Part shown: positions 47,801-58,010 of the stretch, piece after piece
How the letters are laid out: each line of letters opens with the position of its first letter
Position numbering within the stretch: the first letter of the stretch is position 1
Origin: a virus
Direction: 5' to 3' (one strand)
Virus record (IMG/VR): IMGVR_UViG_3300026445_000027
Location: 78,779 to 142,778 of that record
Length of the DNA: 64,000 nucleotides
Position numbers and translations under genes: made by a program
Notes under the pieces: model-generated
What the model saw: only the letters and a program-made list of their open reading frames with translations
Told to the model about the DNA's origin: nothing
Database searches by the model: none

Positions 47801-48152
47801 CGGCATAAGGGTCCACACCACGCAACATTGGGTTGTTCAATTGCAGACAGAAGAAATAGTTCTTGATACCTTGCCGTTTGAAAATCTCGGCAGTACGCAG
47901 GAAACTATGGTTCTTAGTCTTGTTGTCAGGGATTGCACCGTAACGAGGAAAGTCCTTGAGGAACCTCACCGTCTTAATACTGTGCAGACTGTCCTCGTTG
48001 AAATGAGCCATTAAGGTCTCATCATCAGTACGTGAGTGGCTGTCGATCCGTTTGGCCTGATCGTCGATCAGTTCCTTAGGTAATGTGTGAGCACCCAGGT
48101 ATTCCTGCAGCTTCTTAGCTGACTCGAGGAGCTTGGAATAATCAGAAGACAC
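44883..48152 (-). CDS. terL: Terminase large subunit containing an intein
   Basis: Walker A PRQQGK|T split by the intein, Walker B FLDE, coupling motif ITTP, nuclease IGVDTS and HDDLVIA. Confidence 0.92.
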   Translation of the reverse strand: MSSDYSKLLESAKKLQEYLGAHTLPKELIDDQAKRIDSHSRTDDETLMAHFNEDSLHSIKTVRFLKDFPRYGAIPDNKTKNHSFLRTAEIFKRQGIKNYFFCLQLNNPMLRGVDPYAEDLTNEQRQWIMEECRANFWYFLREVCKVRADRYFQANRGNISFIWNYLNHITSYMIMPRQQGKYQPNTKKVRKKRKENAYGRPQDHWVNIGDLRVGDEIIDRYGNETTVIGVHPQGKKRTYLVTCSDGRTTEAGAEHLWSVGDHNRKVNVDPIWDEYTTSQIKRRINKGIKIELPLIEPEEGPPKKKRMIRPYVMGLLFAAPNDGKLIHLGKISQKATWYLSNKLPKHLKLVIQGDSAYLRMSNDNDLSITHAQGLPQDYLEGCIEDRSDVLHAFLDLAHPTPKGLLYKTSNRVIVNQLQYLARGLGGTATATDEGVVITLPEGCKYYKFNEAEEPNVPNQLFITKIEFSGDQECTCIEVDNEQHLYITDDFIVTHNTVSVQVINFWLTYINGRGYKTHVITLKSDNRAQFIDAVKRMRSCIPNYLVNSTYKDKDAGTYLTYRAFGEDKVNVLTINVPQIGQDAAGDVGRGLTVGTTFLDEPGYISWIEAIINGAMPSALTEMELCRENGQPYGIGYITTPNTTLHPSGAFMFEKLMSATEWREKFFDSYSESHLKDRLIRASPTKTTAPSVSMVYNYMQLGKNKDWVKRTIDELNLSLAKAKIDLLLMWVEDGENRLFDDLTREAINNVKREKLWSKEYRDSGLFVDFFVTQEQLMEMSKKEHNDHFIIGVDTSSAINKDACTLIIRSMKTGKVVGVGRYPLAMLDDVTAIIVDMLQVLQNSVLVIERNYAHHMIDSLLILLPSKGMDPFQRIFNQVYHEPALHSKELEAVQNTKFSYRDKNFYLKYKHLFGFNTSASSRKVLYGLIQEAVAVTGYGIAYDKLADELINLRTKGDRIDHDSKQHDDLVIAWLLTYWFIKLGGNKPYYGIMPALALTDTQNLLDVGKQKEETKMDPSIVAFFDNIRLKINGLTEELLKTNDNILALRLEAEIRKLTKLLPAETAKLLTVDSLLEGAKIERAKRMLERKLAA
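46668..47609 (-). mobile_element. Class 3 intein (314 aa) with degenerate LAGLIDADG domain
   Basis: Starts YQPNTKKV, block B EAGAEHLW, block F CTCIEV, block G IVTHN followed by Thr(+1). Confidence 0.88.
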
Positions 48153-48180
48153 TATAAATCCCCCAAGCGGTTTAAAGGAG

Positions 48181-48210
48181 CTAACCTACCGGCTTACGCC
48201 GGTAGGTTAG
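48181..48210. terminator. Intergenic hairpin
   Basis: CTAACCTACCGGC-ttac-GCCGGTAGGTTAG. Confidence 0.7.
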
Positions 48211-48224
48211 TAATCACGTAGTAT

Positions 48225-49952
48225 TTACGCAGTGACGCTGACACCAGTGTTAGCCAATTGGATTTCGTTACCAGCTGAATCCCGTTTGACCCACACCACG
48301 AACCAGGTCTTGCCAGTCTGTACCGAGATCGGTAGTGCCAAGTCCTTGTTCCAGTCAGACAGTGGGTACATCCACTTACGCCCGTCTTCGTGCATCAAGT
48401 AGAAGTGGGTAGGTGTAGGTGCCTTGTCTTCGTTGAACGAGTCGAAGCTTGGGTAGATACCCCAGTACAGCAGGTTCAGCCAAGCAGACTGCGAAGCCAT
48501 GGCGTTGGTCAAGCTAACTTTGGTGTTGGCACCATCGTTGACTTTGATTTTCAGTTCAGCACCCTGGTAGGTCGGTTTGTCGAAGACGAAGCTAACCTCG
48601 AACTTACGACCAGCCGTATTGAGATCGCGCAACAAGGTGATCTCGGTATACTGAATGAACGTTACGGATTCGTAATCAATCGACACATCACGCAGGTTGA
48701 TGTTGAAAATCATCGACTGTGCTACGCCGTAAGTAGACGGACGCCATGCCGGGGACTGACTGTTGATCTTGACTTTTGCCGACACGTCAACAAAGGTCTT
48801 ACGGTCGAGGTCATACAGGAAGTGCTGCAGACGGTAACCGTTGATCGTCGAATCCCACTGTGGGTAGGTGAACAGACGTGGGCTGTACGCACCTTCCTTG
48901 GCCGCTGCTTCGAACGTGTAGATAGCCCGCTCGAATTCAGGGTTACCGGGACGGGCAACGTAGAACTGCTCGTTAGCCGCCAGCTTGTACACCAGTACCA
49001 CTTGCGAAGTCTGACCTGGGTAGCTAGGGCGGTGTTCCTGCAAGCCCTCGATAGAGAACTTGGTACCGTTGACTGCCAACGGACCAGAGCTGCTACCGTC
49101 GCTGTACAGTACTTCCGCACGCAACTCCAAGGATAGCAAGTTGACGTTGATCGGCACCATAACCTTATCAGGGTTGTTGGCGTTGCTGAACCATGGTGTA
49201 AGCAGACGAATCGAGTCGATGTACTTGATACCAACCCGGTGATCTTTCATGTACGCGGAGTGTTGTACCCGCACCAACTGCCCAGGCGGGATGAAGTTAC
49301 CGTCGACGTCGTAGAACGCCAGGAAGCATTGCTTGCCGTTAGGCAGTGCTTCTTCGTTCTCCGTTACACTGAATGGACCAGTGGTTTTGATCTCCAGGTT
49401 AGTACGATCCACGATCTCTGCCAGTGGGGTAGGGATCTTGTTGGTCTGCATTACCAGACCCTGGTCGTACACAGCCGAGATAATCTTGCCCTCGTTAGGA
49501 GCATTACCCAAGTACAGCAAAGCGTAGTTCGCACCAGGACGCATGATGGTCGCATCTACGCGCGCTACGTTAGGCCGTACACTGAAGTCTACAGCCAACA
49601 GAGCTTCACCAATCATCGGTCCACCACGGATACCGAAGATCCAGTCTTGTTCGACCGTAGCTTCCTCATCCGAGTTGATGGCGAACCAGGCTTCGAGTTC
49701 AGCTTTCAACGTACCTTCGTAGTCGACACGCTTTACCCGATACCAGGCTTTGTTGGGAACGTCCACTACCAACTGGTTTTCCCGAGGTACTACATAACGC
49801 TCGAGTTCAGACAGTGGGTGGATGTCTGGATCGAACATGTCCTCGATATACAACACGAACATCAACGCGTTGCTGTTACGCGGATCGGCACTGGTGCCTG
49901 CAATCGCACCACTGACTACCGCATTGGGGGTGCTATCAAATAACCCTGCCAT
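48225..49952 (-). CDS. Virion structural protein (phiKZ gp26-like)
   Basis: 575 aa, beta-rich; conserved terminase-gp26-gp27-gp28 // sheath-tube synteny. Confidence 0.7.
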   Translation of the reverse strand: MAGLFDSTPNAVVSGAIAGTSADPRNSNALMFVLYIEDMFDPDIHPLSELERYVVPRENQLVVDVPNKAWYRVKRVDYEGTLKAELEAWFAINSDEEATVEQDWIFGIRGGPMIGEALLAVDFSVRPNVARVDATIMRPGANYALLYLGNAPNEGKIISAVYDQGLVMQTNKIPTPLAEIVDRTNLEIKTTGPFSVTENEEALPNGKQCFLAFYDVDGNFIPPGQLVRVQHSAYMKDHRVGIKYIDSIRLLTPWFSNANNPDKVMVPINVNLLSLELRAEVLYSDGSSSGPLAVNGTKFSIEGLQEHRPSYPGQTSQVVLVYKLAANEQFYVARPGNPEFERAIYTFEAAAKEGAYSPRLFTYPQWDSTINGYRLQHFLYDLDRKTFVDVSAKVKINSQSPAWRPSTYGVAQSMIFNINLRDVSIDYESVTFIQYTEITLLRDLNTAGRKFEVSFVFDKPTYQGAELKIKVNDGANTKVSLTNAMASQSAWLNLLYWGIYPSFDSFNEDKAPTPTHFYLMHEDGRKWMYPLSDWNKDLALPISVQTGKTWFVVWVKRDSAGNEIQLANTGVSVTA

Positions 49953-49966
49953 TTTTCACCTATGTC

Positions 49967-52642
49967 CTAGGGGCGCACACTGGAGTTAACCGTGTAGCTC
50001 CCTTCAATTTTGCACACGGAGTTTAAGAACAGTTCGTTTACCTTACGAATGAACACGAACTCTGTTGGGTTAACCAGAGGAACCGTTGTATTCGCATACG
50101 GTTGGATCTCAAAATACCGACGATCGTAATCCAAGATAATTGGGTCGTAAGTCAACCACCACAAGTATGGTTGTACCAGATCCCGCACTTCCTGGTCACT
50201 GAACGTAGTCATCCCGTTAGTGAACTTAGGCACTGTCAGCAACCGGTTAAGGATAGCGTTGGTAACCACGTTCATGAACGGACTGTACAAGCGGTATTTA
50301 TCCTGGAGGTTAGGTACTACTGGAGCACCTACAGTACCCCCCGCCGGAGTGTCACCTTTCTCGTAGTGGATTTCTTCCGCCGCCGTCTTAGGCTTCGGCA
50401 ACCACTTGGTCAGGTAATCACTTACCCGCTGGTCTACTTCACGACTAAGCTTACGCCGGGGATAAGACTTGTAGTCCTCCACCTTGCCGATTGGGCAATA
50501 GATGTGCTTGACACAGTAGGGGCGACCGTTAAGGATGGACCACTGGTCGTCAGGTACCAACCGCTCAGCGCGAGGGACCAAATCACTAAGGTATAACGCG
50601 CCATTAATAACCGTACGAGTAACTCGATCCCCACGCAGGTTGTAACGACTAAAGCGGCCAATAACCCCGCCGTCCACGAACCCAAGCTCGGTGTCAGCGT
50701 TAGGTCTAACCAGATTATCGTGGAAACCATGCGCTCGTACAGTGATCGTTTGCGGGCCATCAACAATGAACTCCTTGTTGTTGATGTAGCAGTACTGGTT
50801 GTTTCCCCACACCCAATCGACGTTCTCGATCAAAGGATGACCGTTTAACCAAAGATCCACTTCGGCAAAACTGTACGGGAAAATCTGACCACCACCAGTG
50901 TAGATCTCAGTAAGGGCGAATGCCAAGCTGTGATCGATGTGTTCCAGTTGGAATGTGTAAGCCAGGCACTTCTTGTTAGTGACCAGCACACCACGTTGGT
51001 TAACCCGGTCCAAGCCTACCCAGGAAACCATACCATTCTGGATTTTGTAAATCTTGGTATCGTCGGTAACATCTTTCCAATCACCAGAAGGCTTACCGGT
51101 GATAATGTTCCAATTAACCACGTAGACCCGGAGATCATAGTTAGCGTCAACCGCAGTGTCTACGTTAACGATTTGTACGTCTACCGTACGCCCGGCTTCA
51201 CCCAGGGTGAACTCTACCATTTTGCATGCGGCGTTTTTAGGGCTGTAGAACTGGAGGTTCTGCTGATTGTAGAAAGCAATCAGTTTACCGTTTACGTCGT
51301 GTTCCCATGCAGTGAACCGTGCACGATAAGTGAAGGGTACTTCTACCCCGCGCTCACCTGGAGCATACGTAGCGGCCAACGGAGTCTCACTGAGTACCCT
51401 GGTAGCAGCGTTGTAACCAATACCGGCAATGGCACTAGCTTTGCTAATGTTCCGCCACTGGCTACGGGTAAAGGACATGGTAGCCCCTTTCTCCAAACCA
51501 TTGGCGGTCCACTCAGGTACGGTAGCCCGTGCACCAGTCATGGCACGCAAGATGTTAGCGTCACTGAACCGGTAAAGGTAACGGATGCGATGATGTTCGT
51601 GAGGCCATTGGTAGATCCAGTCGGACTTCCGTACCAGTACGGTGATCTGGATGTTGCCTACTGTTGCCAGATCCGGATGATACCCAGCAGCATTGTCAAT
51701 GAACTCACCTGCAATAGCCACGTCACAGTGAGTCAACTGGCGTACCGCACTGACGTCGTTACGGGGCAGTAACAGACCGCGGTTGTTCTTACCAGTCAGG
51801 TAGTAGTCGTTATCGTCGAAATAACGAATAGTGAAATCACCCTTAACCTTTGGTGGGTGGATGATCACCTTGCGCTTCTGGTCCAAATCGGAATAGAAGT
51901 TCTGCAAGCTACTGTACGAGTAGGTCTCTACCCGCAGTACGGTCGGGTCGTGCCAGAACTCGACAATGTCCCCGATCTGCAATCCAGGGATAGCCGACAA
52001 GTTACCCTTGTAGAAAGCCCCGTTGTGGAACACCCCGGTATAACCAGGTTTGGCTTTCCACTTGTTGTACATGCTGACGAACGTAGCCAGTTCTTGCTGG
52101 CTGGCGTATGTCATCGACTCGTAAACAAATGGGTTGTGCGTGTCGTCCGAGTTCTCCCATTTCTCCACAGGGGAGCTAGGGGTGTAGCAACGGAACCACA
52201 TGTCTGCTGCGTAAGGCATTGGGTATTGTTTGAATTTCTCAAACGCAAACAACACCAGCCCGTCGTAGGTGTGCATGATCCAAGCGTGGCTACGGCTGTA
52301 CTGGAAACCCTTGGCGTTGTACAGGTCGATCTGTACCCCACGCTTACGACACAGCCGCCCGATGTTGATCCAGCGATCCAACGGGTTACGGTTCAGCAGG
52401 TTGTTACGGAAGTTCCAATAACCAGGTACCAAACCAGCAGCACTGAAAATGTGGAACGTATGGTTTTGACGAGGCAGTGTACGCCACCGGCCCATCAAGT
52501 TAAAGTTGTGGACCACACCGTCATTAGGAGTAGCCCGCACCAATTTGCATTGGTACTGGTTGTTCTCTTCCGGGTTACCCCAGATTTGTTGCTGGGCATG
52601 CAACACTAATGGAGTGTCGTCTGCGGGAGATCTATCGGCCAT
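49967..52642 (-). CDS. Virion structural protein (phiKZ gp27-like)
   Basis: 891 aa; synteny and size. Confidence 0.7.
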   Translation of the reverse strand: MADRSPADDTPLVLHAQQQIWGNPEENNQYQCKLVRATPNDGVVHNFNLMGRWRTLPRQNHTFHIFSAAGLVPGYWNFRNNLLNRNPLDRWINIGRLCRKRGVQIDLYNAKGFQYSRSHAWIMHTYDGLVLFAFEKFKQYPMPYAADMWFRCYTPSSPVEKWENSDDTHNPFVYESMTYASQQELATFVSMYNKWKAKPGYTGVFHNGAFYKGNLSAIPGLQIGDIVEFWHDPTVLRVETYSYSSLQNFYSDLDQKRKVIIHPPKVKGDFTIRYFDDNDYYLTGKNNRGLLLPRNDVSAVRQLTHCDVAIAGEFIDNAAGYHPDLATVGNIQITVLVRKSDWIYQWPHEHHRIRYLYRFSDANILRAMTGARATVPEWTANGLEKGATMSFTRSQWRNISKASAIAGIGYNAATRVLSETPLAATYAPGERGVEVPFTYRARFTAWEHDVNGKLIAFYNQQNLQFYSPKNAACKMVEFTLGEAGRTVDVQIVNVDTAVDANYDLRVYVVNWNIITGKPSGDWKDVTDDTKIYKIQNGMVSWVGLDRVNQRGVLVTNKKCLAYTFQLEHIDHSLAFALTEIYTGGGQIFPYSFAEVDLWLNGHPLIENVDWVWGNNQYCYINNKEFIVDGPQTITVRAHGFHDNLVRPNADTELGFVDGGVIGRFSRYNLRGDRVTRTVINGALYLSDLVPRAERLVPDDQWSILNGRPYCVKHIYCPIGKVEDYKSYPRRKLSREVDQRVSDYLTKWLPKPKTAAEEIHYEKGDTPAGGTVGAPVVPNLQDKYRLYSPFMNVVTNAILNRLLTVPKFTNGMTTFSDQEVRDLVQPYLWWLTYDPIILDYDRRYFEIQPYANTTVPLVNPTEFVFIRKVNELFLNSVCKIEGSYTVNSSVRP

Positions 52643-52645
52643 ATA

Positions 52646-53560
52646 TCACCCATGTAAGTCGTAAGCGTAATCCAGATTGAGTTTAAACGTAGCGAGCGTG
52701 TCTTTGTTGTACTTTGGATCCAGGTCCAGGCCCAACGGGGTTTTGTCGTATGCTTTAAAAGCAACGGCCCCATAAACGAATGCAGTGAACAGGCAAGGTG
52801 CTTCAGTAGCAGCTCCTACTACGTGTTTACCCAACGCTGCAAACGTGTAAGTGGATACCAAGTGCAGGAAGTCACGGAACGTTACAGTTTTCAGTTTGTA
52901 CAGTACCGGGTTTTCAATGATCGCCTCATGGAGCTCTACCAGGGTAGGTAAACGACCGACGTTCTCGATAACACCCAGTACAAAACCTTTGTCAGCCCCG
53001 AAGATAGACCGGGTAACGTTGATAGTCACCAATTCCAGATCGGAGTTAACAGGTTCTTCCAGACCGATGAAGTAATGCGCCAGCAGGATTTTCAGAGTCA
53101 TGGCCTCGTTACTACCCATTGGGTTACGGCCAATCGAACTGGTTACCCCCAAGTTGCCCCGGTTGATAATCAGGTTACCCAATGCCCCAGCAAAAGCTTT
53201 AGTAGCCACGTTACGGGCTTGCTTCAGCGGAGTAAGGTTGTTCATTACCACGTCTTGCTGTAAGAAGGCAGCCAAACGCATGATCGTCAACTCATTTGGG
53301 TTGGTGATCACATCAGACTTTTCATGACGGTACGGACGCTCGTCATAAATGGTAATCATCTTGCGGTTGTAAGCTTGCAAGGTGATAGGGAAAGCGAAAA
53401 TCTCGATTGGTAACTTTTTCTCGTGGGTGATTACAAACACCCCTTCCTTCTTGGTAGGCGTGAGACTTTGATTGATATGCAAAGCCTGTATGGTGGCCTC
53501 CACCTTGTTCAGAACACGGAATGGTTTTCCGATAGTTGTGTTATACGCGTCGATTTGCAT
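52646..53560 (-). CDS. Virion-associated protein (phiKZ gp28-like)
   Basis: 304 aa; divergent from sheath; synteny. Confidence 0.65.
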   Translation of the reverse strand: MQIDAYNTTIGKPFRVLNKVEATIQALHINQSLTPTKKEGVFVITHEKKLPIEIFAFPITLQAYNRKMITIYDERPYRHEKSDVITNPNELTIMRLAAFLQQDVVMNNLTPLKQARNVATKAFAGALGNLIINRGNLGVTSSIGRNPMGSNEAMTLKILLAHYFIGLEEPVNSDLELVTINVTRSIFGADKGFVLGVIENVGRLPTLVELHEAIIENPVLYKLKTVTFRDFLHLVSTYTFAALGKHVVGAATEAPCLFTAFVYGAVAFKAYDKTPLGLDLDPKYNKDTLATFKLNLDYAYDLHG

Positions 53561-53675
53561 CGGTAAACCTCATCAAAATAATATGTTATGTGCAGTGTGG
53601 AAAGACACCACATAGTCCCATAAAGGCTTGCATACGATTGTTTTAGGACCCCCTTCTGAACGTTAAGAGGTTCAT

Positions 53676-55850
53676 ATGACTGCTTTGACTAGCATCATCC
53701 CGGGGAAGGTGATCAATAACGGGATCAATGACGTATCGATCCCGGAGTACACGCCTGCCCAATCCACTCGCCCGTTGCACCTGCCAGTCATCCATGGAGT
53801 TTTCCCGAAGGGGCAAATGGCTGACGTAAATGGTGTGGTCTGGGTGAACACCAGCCAAGTAGGCGCGGTATTCGGTCAAGAAATCTTTGATCCTACTTCG
53901 CCGTACTACAACCCGAACTCCCTGCTGCTGCAAGCACTCGCTGCTGGTGGCCAGGCTTCGGTCGGTATCCGCCGTCTGTCGGCCAACAACGTGGTAGCAC
54001 GTACTGCTCTGTCGGCTTTCGTTAGCCGTAAGACCATCCCGGACTACCAGCGTGACATCAACGGCCGCTTCAAGCGCGATGCCAACGGCGACTTGATCCC
54101 CAACGGTTCGAAGACCTTCAACGGTCTGGTAATCGAGATCAAGCCCGACCCGGATGCTGCTACCAAGGGTGTTGGTGCACTGACCCGTCGTACTATTCCA
54201 GCAGTACCTGCTGCCGGTGGTAACCCAGCGGTTCCTGCTCAGGAAGTGTTCCCACTGTTCGACGGTATCGGTGGCATCGGTGACGAGTACAACAAAGGTG
54301 GTATGAACTTTGGTGTTCGTCCTGATGGCTTCGCTTACGGTGACATCGCCAACTTCGTAAAAGAGACCGGCGTGTTCCCGTACACCCTGCGTCAGTTCAC
54401 CGACACCACGGCTGGTAAGCGTGTAAACGCTAAGACCTCCAAAGGTCGTGAGAACGTCGAAGCAACCCTGTTCGAGTGCGTGTACCAAAAGACTCGTTAC
54501 AGCCTGCGTCGTGCCTTCGGCGAGTTCACCGGTACCGACGTCAACCGTAAAGTGGTTCCTGCTCCTGCCCCGTACTCCGGTGTGCACGTGTACCAGGATT
54601 CCATCACCGCGCTGTGCCAAGCGATGTACGCCATCGAACAGCCGAACAACACCGGCCTGGTTGAAGTCAAGAACCAGCCGTACCGCCAGATGAACCCGTT
54701 CACCTGTGTGGACCACAATGGTGCTCCTTACTACGCGATCGCTACCGTTGACACCGTCAGCTGGGACATGACCGCGGCAGTCAAGATCACCGGTGGTGTT
54801 TCGCCGTTCCTGGACAACGCAGGTAAACTGCCGTCCTACATCACTCCGGCTCCGCTGGACGATCCGTTCAACGTATTGGCGAACACCAAGTCGCCGATCA
54901 ACCGTAACGATGCGTGGTCGATCAACAACCACCTGATCGCAACGGACATGGAGCAGTATGTAGACTCGATCGAACAGTCGAACTACACGCGTAACCGTCA
55001 GTCCTTCTTCTACGACGTCGGCTACAAGCAAGACGTCAAAGACCAGGCCATCCGCCTGCTGGGCAGCCGTAAGGACATCATGGTAATCCCGTGCGCTACC
55101 GTATGGGCTCCAGGTAAGGCCACCGACATGGGTCAGCTGTACGCCCGTGCTGGTCAGCTGAACTCGGCTGTGCGCATGTTCCCTGAGTCCGAGTACTGGG
55201 GCACTCCGACCACCCGGTCGTCGATCAACCTGATCGAAGCGTTTATCATCGACGAAGTCACCGCAGACCTGTTCTCCGGTAACATCGACCTGGCATTCGC
55301 CTACGCCCAGTTCGCTGGTAACGCTCAGGGGATCATTTTCCCTGCGTTCTCGCCATCGCACGCGGACAACCGTATTCTGCGCACCATGCACACCCCGAAC
55401 ATCGAGTTCGAAGGTGACGTACAGTCGGCAGAGAACTTCAACCGTGGCTGCATCACCCTGCGTCCGTACGACGCCGGTGACCGTCTGTTCCGCCCGGCTC
55501 TGGTAACCGTCAACCCCAACGTTGACTCGGTCCTCAAAGACCAGGTTACTGCGTTCCTCTGCGTGTGCATCGAGAAAATCTGTCAGGACATGTGGAACGT
55601 CGTCTGCGGCGACACCAACCTGACTGCGGCAAACTACGTGGCTGTGTTCAAGGACAAAGCCGAACGTAAGTGCCGCGACTCGCTGGGTTCGCTGGCGCGT
55701 AACATCACTGTTACCCCTTCCTACTCGGAAGGCACCGTCGGTAGCCGTGCTGTAATGAACACCCGTGTTGATGCTTACTTCAACAAGGGCAAATATCAAA
55801 TGACCATGGATCTCTTCGCCCACAACGAAGAAGATCTGGCCAACGCCTAA
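53676..55850 (+). CDS. Contractile tail sheath protein (phiKZ gp29-like)
   Basis: 724 aa; RPLHLP, FYDVGY, PESEYWGT motifs; strong codon bias; followed by the tube gene. Confidence 0.88.
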   Translation: MTALTSIIPGKVINNGINDVSIPEYTPAQSTRPLHLPVIHGVFPKGQMADVNGVVWVNTSQVGAVFGQEIFDPTSPYYNPNSLLLQALAAGGQASVGIRRLSANNVVARTALSAFVSRKTIPDYQRDINGRFKRDANGDLIPNGSKTFNGLVIEIKPDPDAATKGVGALTRRTIPAVPAAGGNPAVPAQEVFPLFDGIGGIGDEYNKGGMNFGVRPDGFAYGDIANFVKETGVFPYTLRQFTDTTAGKRVNAKTSKGRENVEATLFECVYQKTRYSLRRAFGEFTGTDVNRKVVPAPAPYSGVHVYQDSITALCQAMYAIEQPNNTGLVEVKNQPYRQMNPFTCVDHNGAPYYAIATVDTVSWDMTAAVKITGGVSPFLDNAGKLPSYITPAPLDDPFNVLANTKSPINRNDAWSINNHLIATDMEQYVDSIEQSNYTRNRQSFFYDVGYKQDVKDQAIRLLGSRKDIMVIPCATVWAPGKATDMGQLYARAGQLNSAVRMFPESEYWGTPTTRSSINLIEAFIIDEVTADLFSGNIDLAFAYAQFAGNAQGIIFPAFSPSHADNRILRTMHTPNIEFEGDVQSAENFNRGCITLRPYDAGDRLFRPALVTVNPNVDSVLKDQVTAFLCVCIEKICQDMWNVVCGDTNLTAANYVAVFKDKAERKCRDSLGSLARNITVTPSYSEGTVGSRAVMNTRVDAYFNKGKYQMTMDLFAHNEEDLANA

Positions 55851-55865
55851 AGGAGGGTGTAGACC

Positions 55866-56765
55866 ATGGCATCGGATACTAACCTGCCGCACCGGACGCC
55901 CGAGACGCTGCTTAACGTCAGCGACCCGTTTGTCCAGGCACTCGATATCGGTAACCGTCCGGTCATCAACCCAGCGCAAGGTGGGCAGTATGGCTGGGCT
56001 GGTAACATCTTCGAGTACGTTTCCACTCAACCACACGTTTCGCAACAGGCGTTCTGCATCGTGTTGTCGACTCCAGCCGGGTTCTCCCGGCTGCCAGCCG
56101 GTGACCAACTGCACTCCCTGTGCAAATCGTTCTTCGAGAACCGTACGCGGATCTTCGACGGCCTGTCCGACCAGACGCAAATTCAGTTCGCTGATATGCG
56201 CTGGACCGGTCACCGTATGGCGATCGCCGTTGGTGCTCAGCGTACCCTGGGTGCTGTGACCCACACCGGTTACGACGTCGAAGGTGAACCATTCACCAAG
56301 ATGTTCAAGGTATGGCAACAGTGGCTGGTAATGGACGCTGAAGTCCTCAACGCCAAGATGGTCATCCTGGACGATCCGGGTGACATGCTGCTGGACGAAA
56401 CCGGTTACTCGGCTATCTACTTCGAGCCGACTCGTAACTTCCGGGACATCGCCCACGCCGCGCTCCTGGTGGGTGGCCAGCCTACCCAAAACGTGCAGAT
56501 CACTCTCCGTCGCAACAAGGACGAAGAGAACCAGATCCGCGATATCGCAATGGAGATGACTGGCGTCATCGAATTCGACACCTACGCGGTGAAAGAGATC
56601 GCTCGCCAGATGCTCCAGCTGATGCCTCTGTACAACCCGGATGCTGTTACTGCTCCGGTCGGCTTCAGCCAGCGTACCGCGATCCTGGAGAACCTGCCGT
56701 CTGGTACCATCGAGCGCATGGTTGAGCAATCGACCCGCATCGATCAGCCGGCCTACCTGGGTTAA
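55866..56765 (+). CDS. Tail tube protein (phiKZ gp30-like)
   Basis: 299 aa directly after sheath; AGGAGG RBS. Confidence 0.82.
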   Translation: MASDTNLPHRTPETLLNVSDPFVQALDIGNRPVINPAQGGQYGWAGNIFEYVSTQPHVSQQAFCIVLSTPAGFSRLPAGDQLHSLCKSFFENRTRIFDGLSDQTQIQFADMRWTGHRMAIAVGAQRTLGAVTHTGYDVEGEPFTKMFKVWQQWLVMDAEVLNAKMVILDDPGDMLLDETGYSAIYFEPTRNFRDIAHAALLVGGQPTQNVQITLRRNKDEENQIRDIAMEMTGVIEFDTYAVKEIARQMLQLMPLYNPDAVTAPVGFSQRTAILENLPSGTIERMVEQSTRIDQPAYLG

Positions 56766-56784
56766 GCGGTAAAGTTGTGGTTAT

Positions 56785-56820
56785 ACCCCTACCCTAGCCT
56801 GTAAGGGCTAGGGTAGGGGT
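56785..56820. terminator. Hairpin between convergent genes
   Basis: ACCCCTACCCTAGCC-tgtaag-GGCTAGGGTAGGGGT. Confidence 0.8.
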
Positions 56821-56830
56821 TATGACTGCG

Positions 56831-57259
56831 TTATAGGAAAGGCTTGTGTTGGCTGTTGTCATAGGTATAAATGTTCCCATTCATACTGATTAGTGCATCA
56901 TTCTTCAGATTGATGACCTCGTTAAAGATCAACAAGTCTTTAGAGTGCGATCCTTTCCTGCTCAAGCTTACCGCTGCAGAACTGATGAAACCACACATCT
57001 CCTTTAACGTTAATGACACCGGGAACCTACACTCCCATCCCCTTACGCCTTGGGACAGTTGTGGGATCTCAGCTGTGTCATCGCGTATTAAGTCGATACG
57101 TCCACCGTAAATACCTAACTTGTACTCAAACGCCAACCCCGTGGGGGTTTTTACTACTGAGTATTTGAATCCTTTCAGCTCCAGGTAACGACTCCATACG
57201 CAGAACAAAGCCAGTAACGTTACAACGCACGCAATGAAATTCAGAGCTACGTCTAACAT
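56831..57259 (-). CDS. Hypothetical protein with N-terminal transmembrane helix
   Basis: 142 aa; hydrophobic residues 3-22. Confidence 0.65.
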   Translation of the reverse strand: MLDVALNFIACVVTLLALFCVWSRYLELKGFKYSVVKTPTGLAFEYKLGIYGGRIDLIRDDTAEIPQLSQGVRGWECRFPVSLTLKEMCGFISSAAVSLSRKGSHSKDLLIFNEVINLKNDALISMNGNIYTYDNSQHKPFL

Positions 57260-57263
57260 AAGG

Positions 57264-58010
57264 TCACCTGCTAAATATTCTGTGTTGATTTTGACTAATA
57301 ACCGATTTGATAATCGTTTTATTAGACGCCTGTTGTTTGAACAATAAGATGTAATCTTGGAAATAGGCTCTAGAGGCGTTGGTTAACTGAGTCCAGATAG
57401 AACCATTGTGTCCGTACAGTTCATTGAACCCTGCTGCTAACGACTCGTGCCAAGAGTCTATTTGACAAATCCCATCGTCGTCATTGTCCCCACATTTGTT
57501 TTCCCTGACGTACGAGATCACCGCGGCATCGATGTCATTGAACCGCACATTGGTGAGGATACTGACTTCCGACACCATGATTACAAAAGCACCGTCTATA
57601 CTGCGTCTGAACCGTTGTCGGTTGTAACGCAGGCAGTTACAGATACTTTTGATCTCGTTGTCGTCAAAGTACGTGCTAGCTACTTTGTTAATGAAAGCAA
57701 TAGCAAATGCCACAGCTCCTTCTTGGGGATCGGTTCCTACGAAGCCACGACCGGTTTCCATGAGCATAACACTGGCCAACAGAATGCCCTGACTATCGAC
57801 ATTCAATTGTTGTGCCTCTGCAACCTCCTTAGCCGTCACTAGAGCATGTTGTAGCCATGCAGTGTCATAACCCCTAGGGTTACCTTTAATGTGCTTGTAA
57901 ACGCCGATAACGAAGTCCAGTGGCAATACGTCAGCTACCGAATCCAAGATACTCCTAAAAGTAGCTAAGTCCTTGCGGTCTTGGATGGTAAACCGTGTCG
58001 TCATAAACAA
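57264..58010 (-). CDS. HD-domain-like protein, probably degenerate
   Basis: Pattern YDTAWLQHAL...ASVMLMETGR resembles H...A.LHD.G without the His/Asp metal ligands. Confidence 0.5.
   Translation of the reverse strand: MFMTTRFTIQDRKDLATFRSILDSVADVLPLDFVIGVYKHIKGNPRGYDTAWLQHALVTAKEVAEAQQLNVDSQGILLASVMLMETGRGFVGTDPQEGAVAFAIAFINKVASTYFDDNEIKSICNCLRYNRQRFRRSIDGAFVIMVSEVSILTNVRFNDIDAAVISYVRENKCGDNDDDGICQIDSWHESLAAGFNELYGHNGSIWTQLTNASRAYFQDYILLFKQQASNKTIIKSVISQNQHRIFSR

Noticed and set aside
53575-53620. TATG late-promoter motifs upstream of sheath and other genes
   Set aside because: A 4-nt motif is too short to call from sequence alone.
53643-56729. 1028-aa antisense ORF spanning sheath and tube
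   Set aside because: Shadow ORF caused by strong codon bias of highly expressed genes; V/H/D/Q-rich composition with no motifs.
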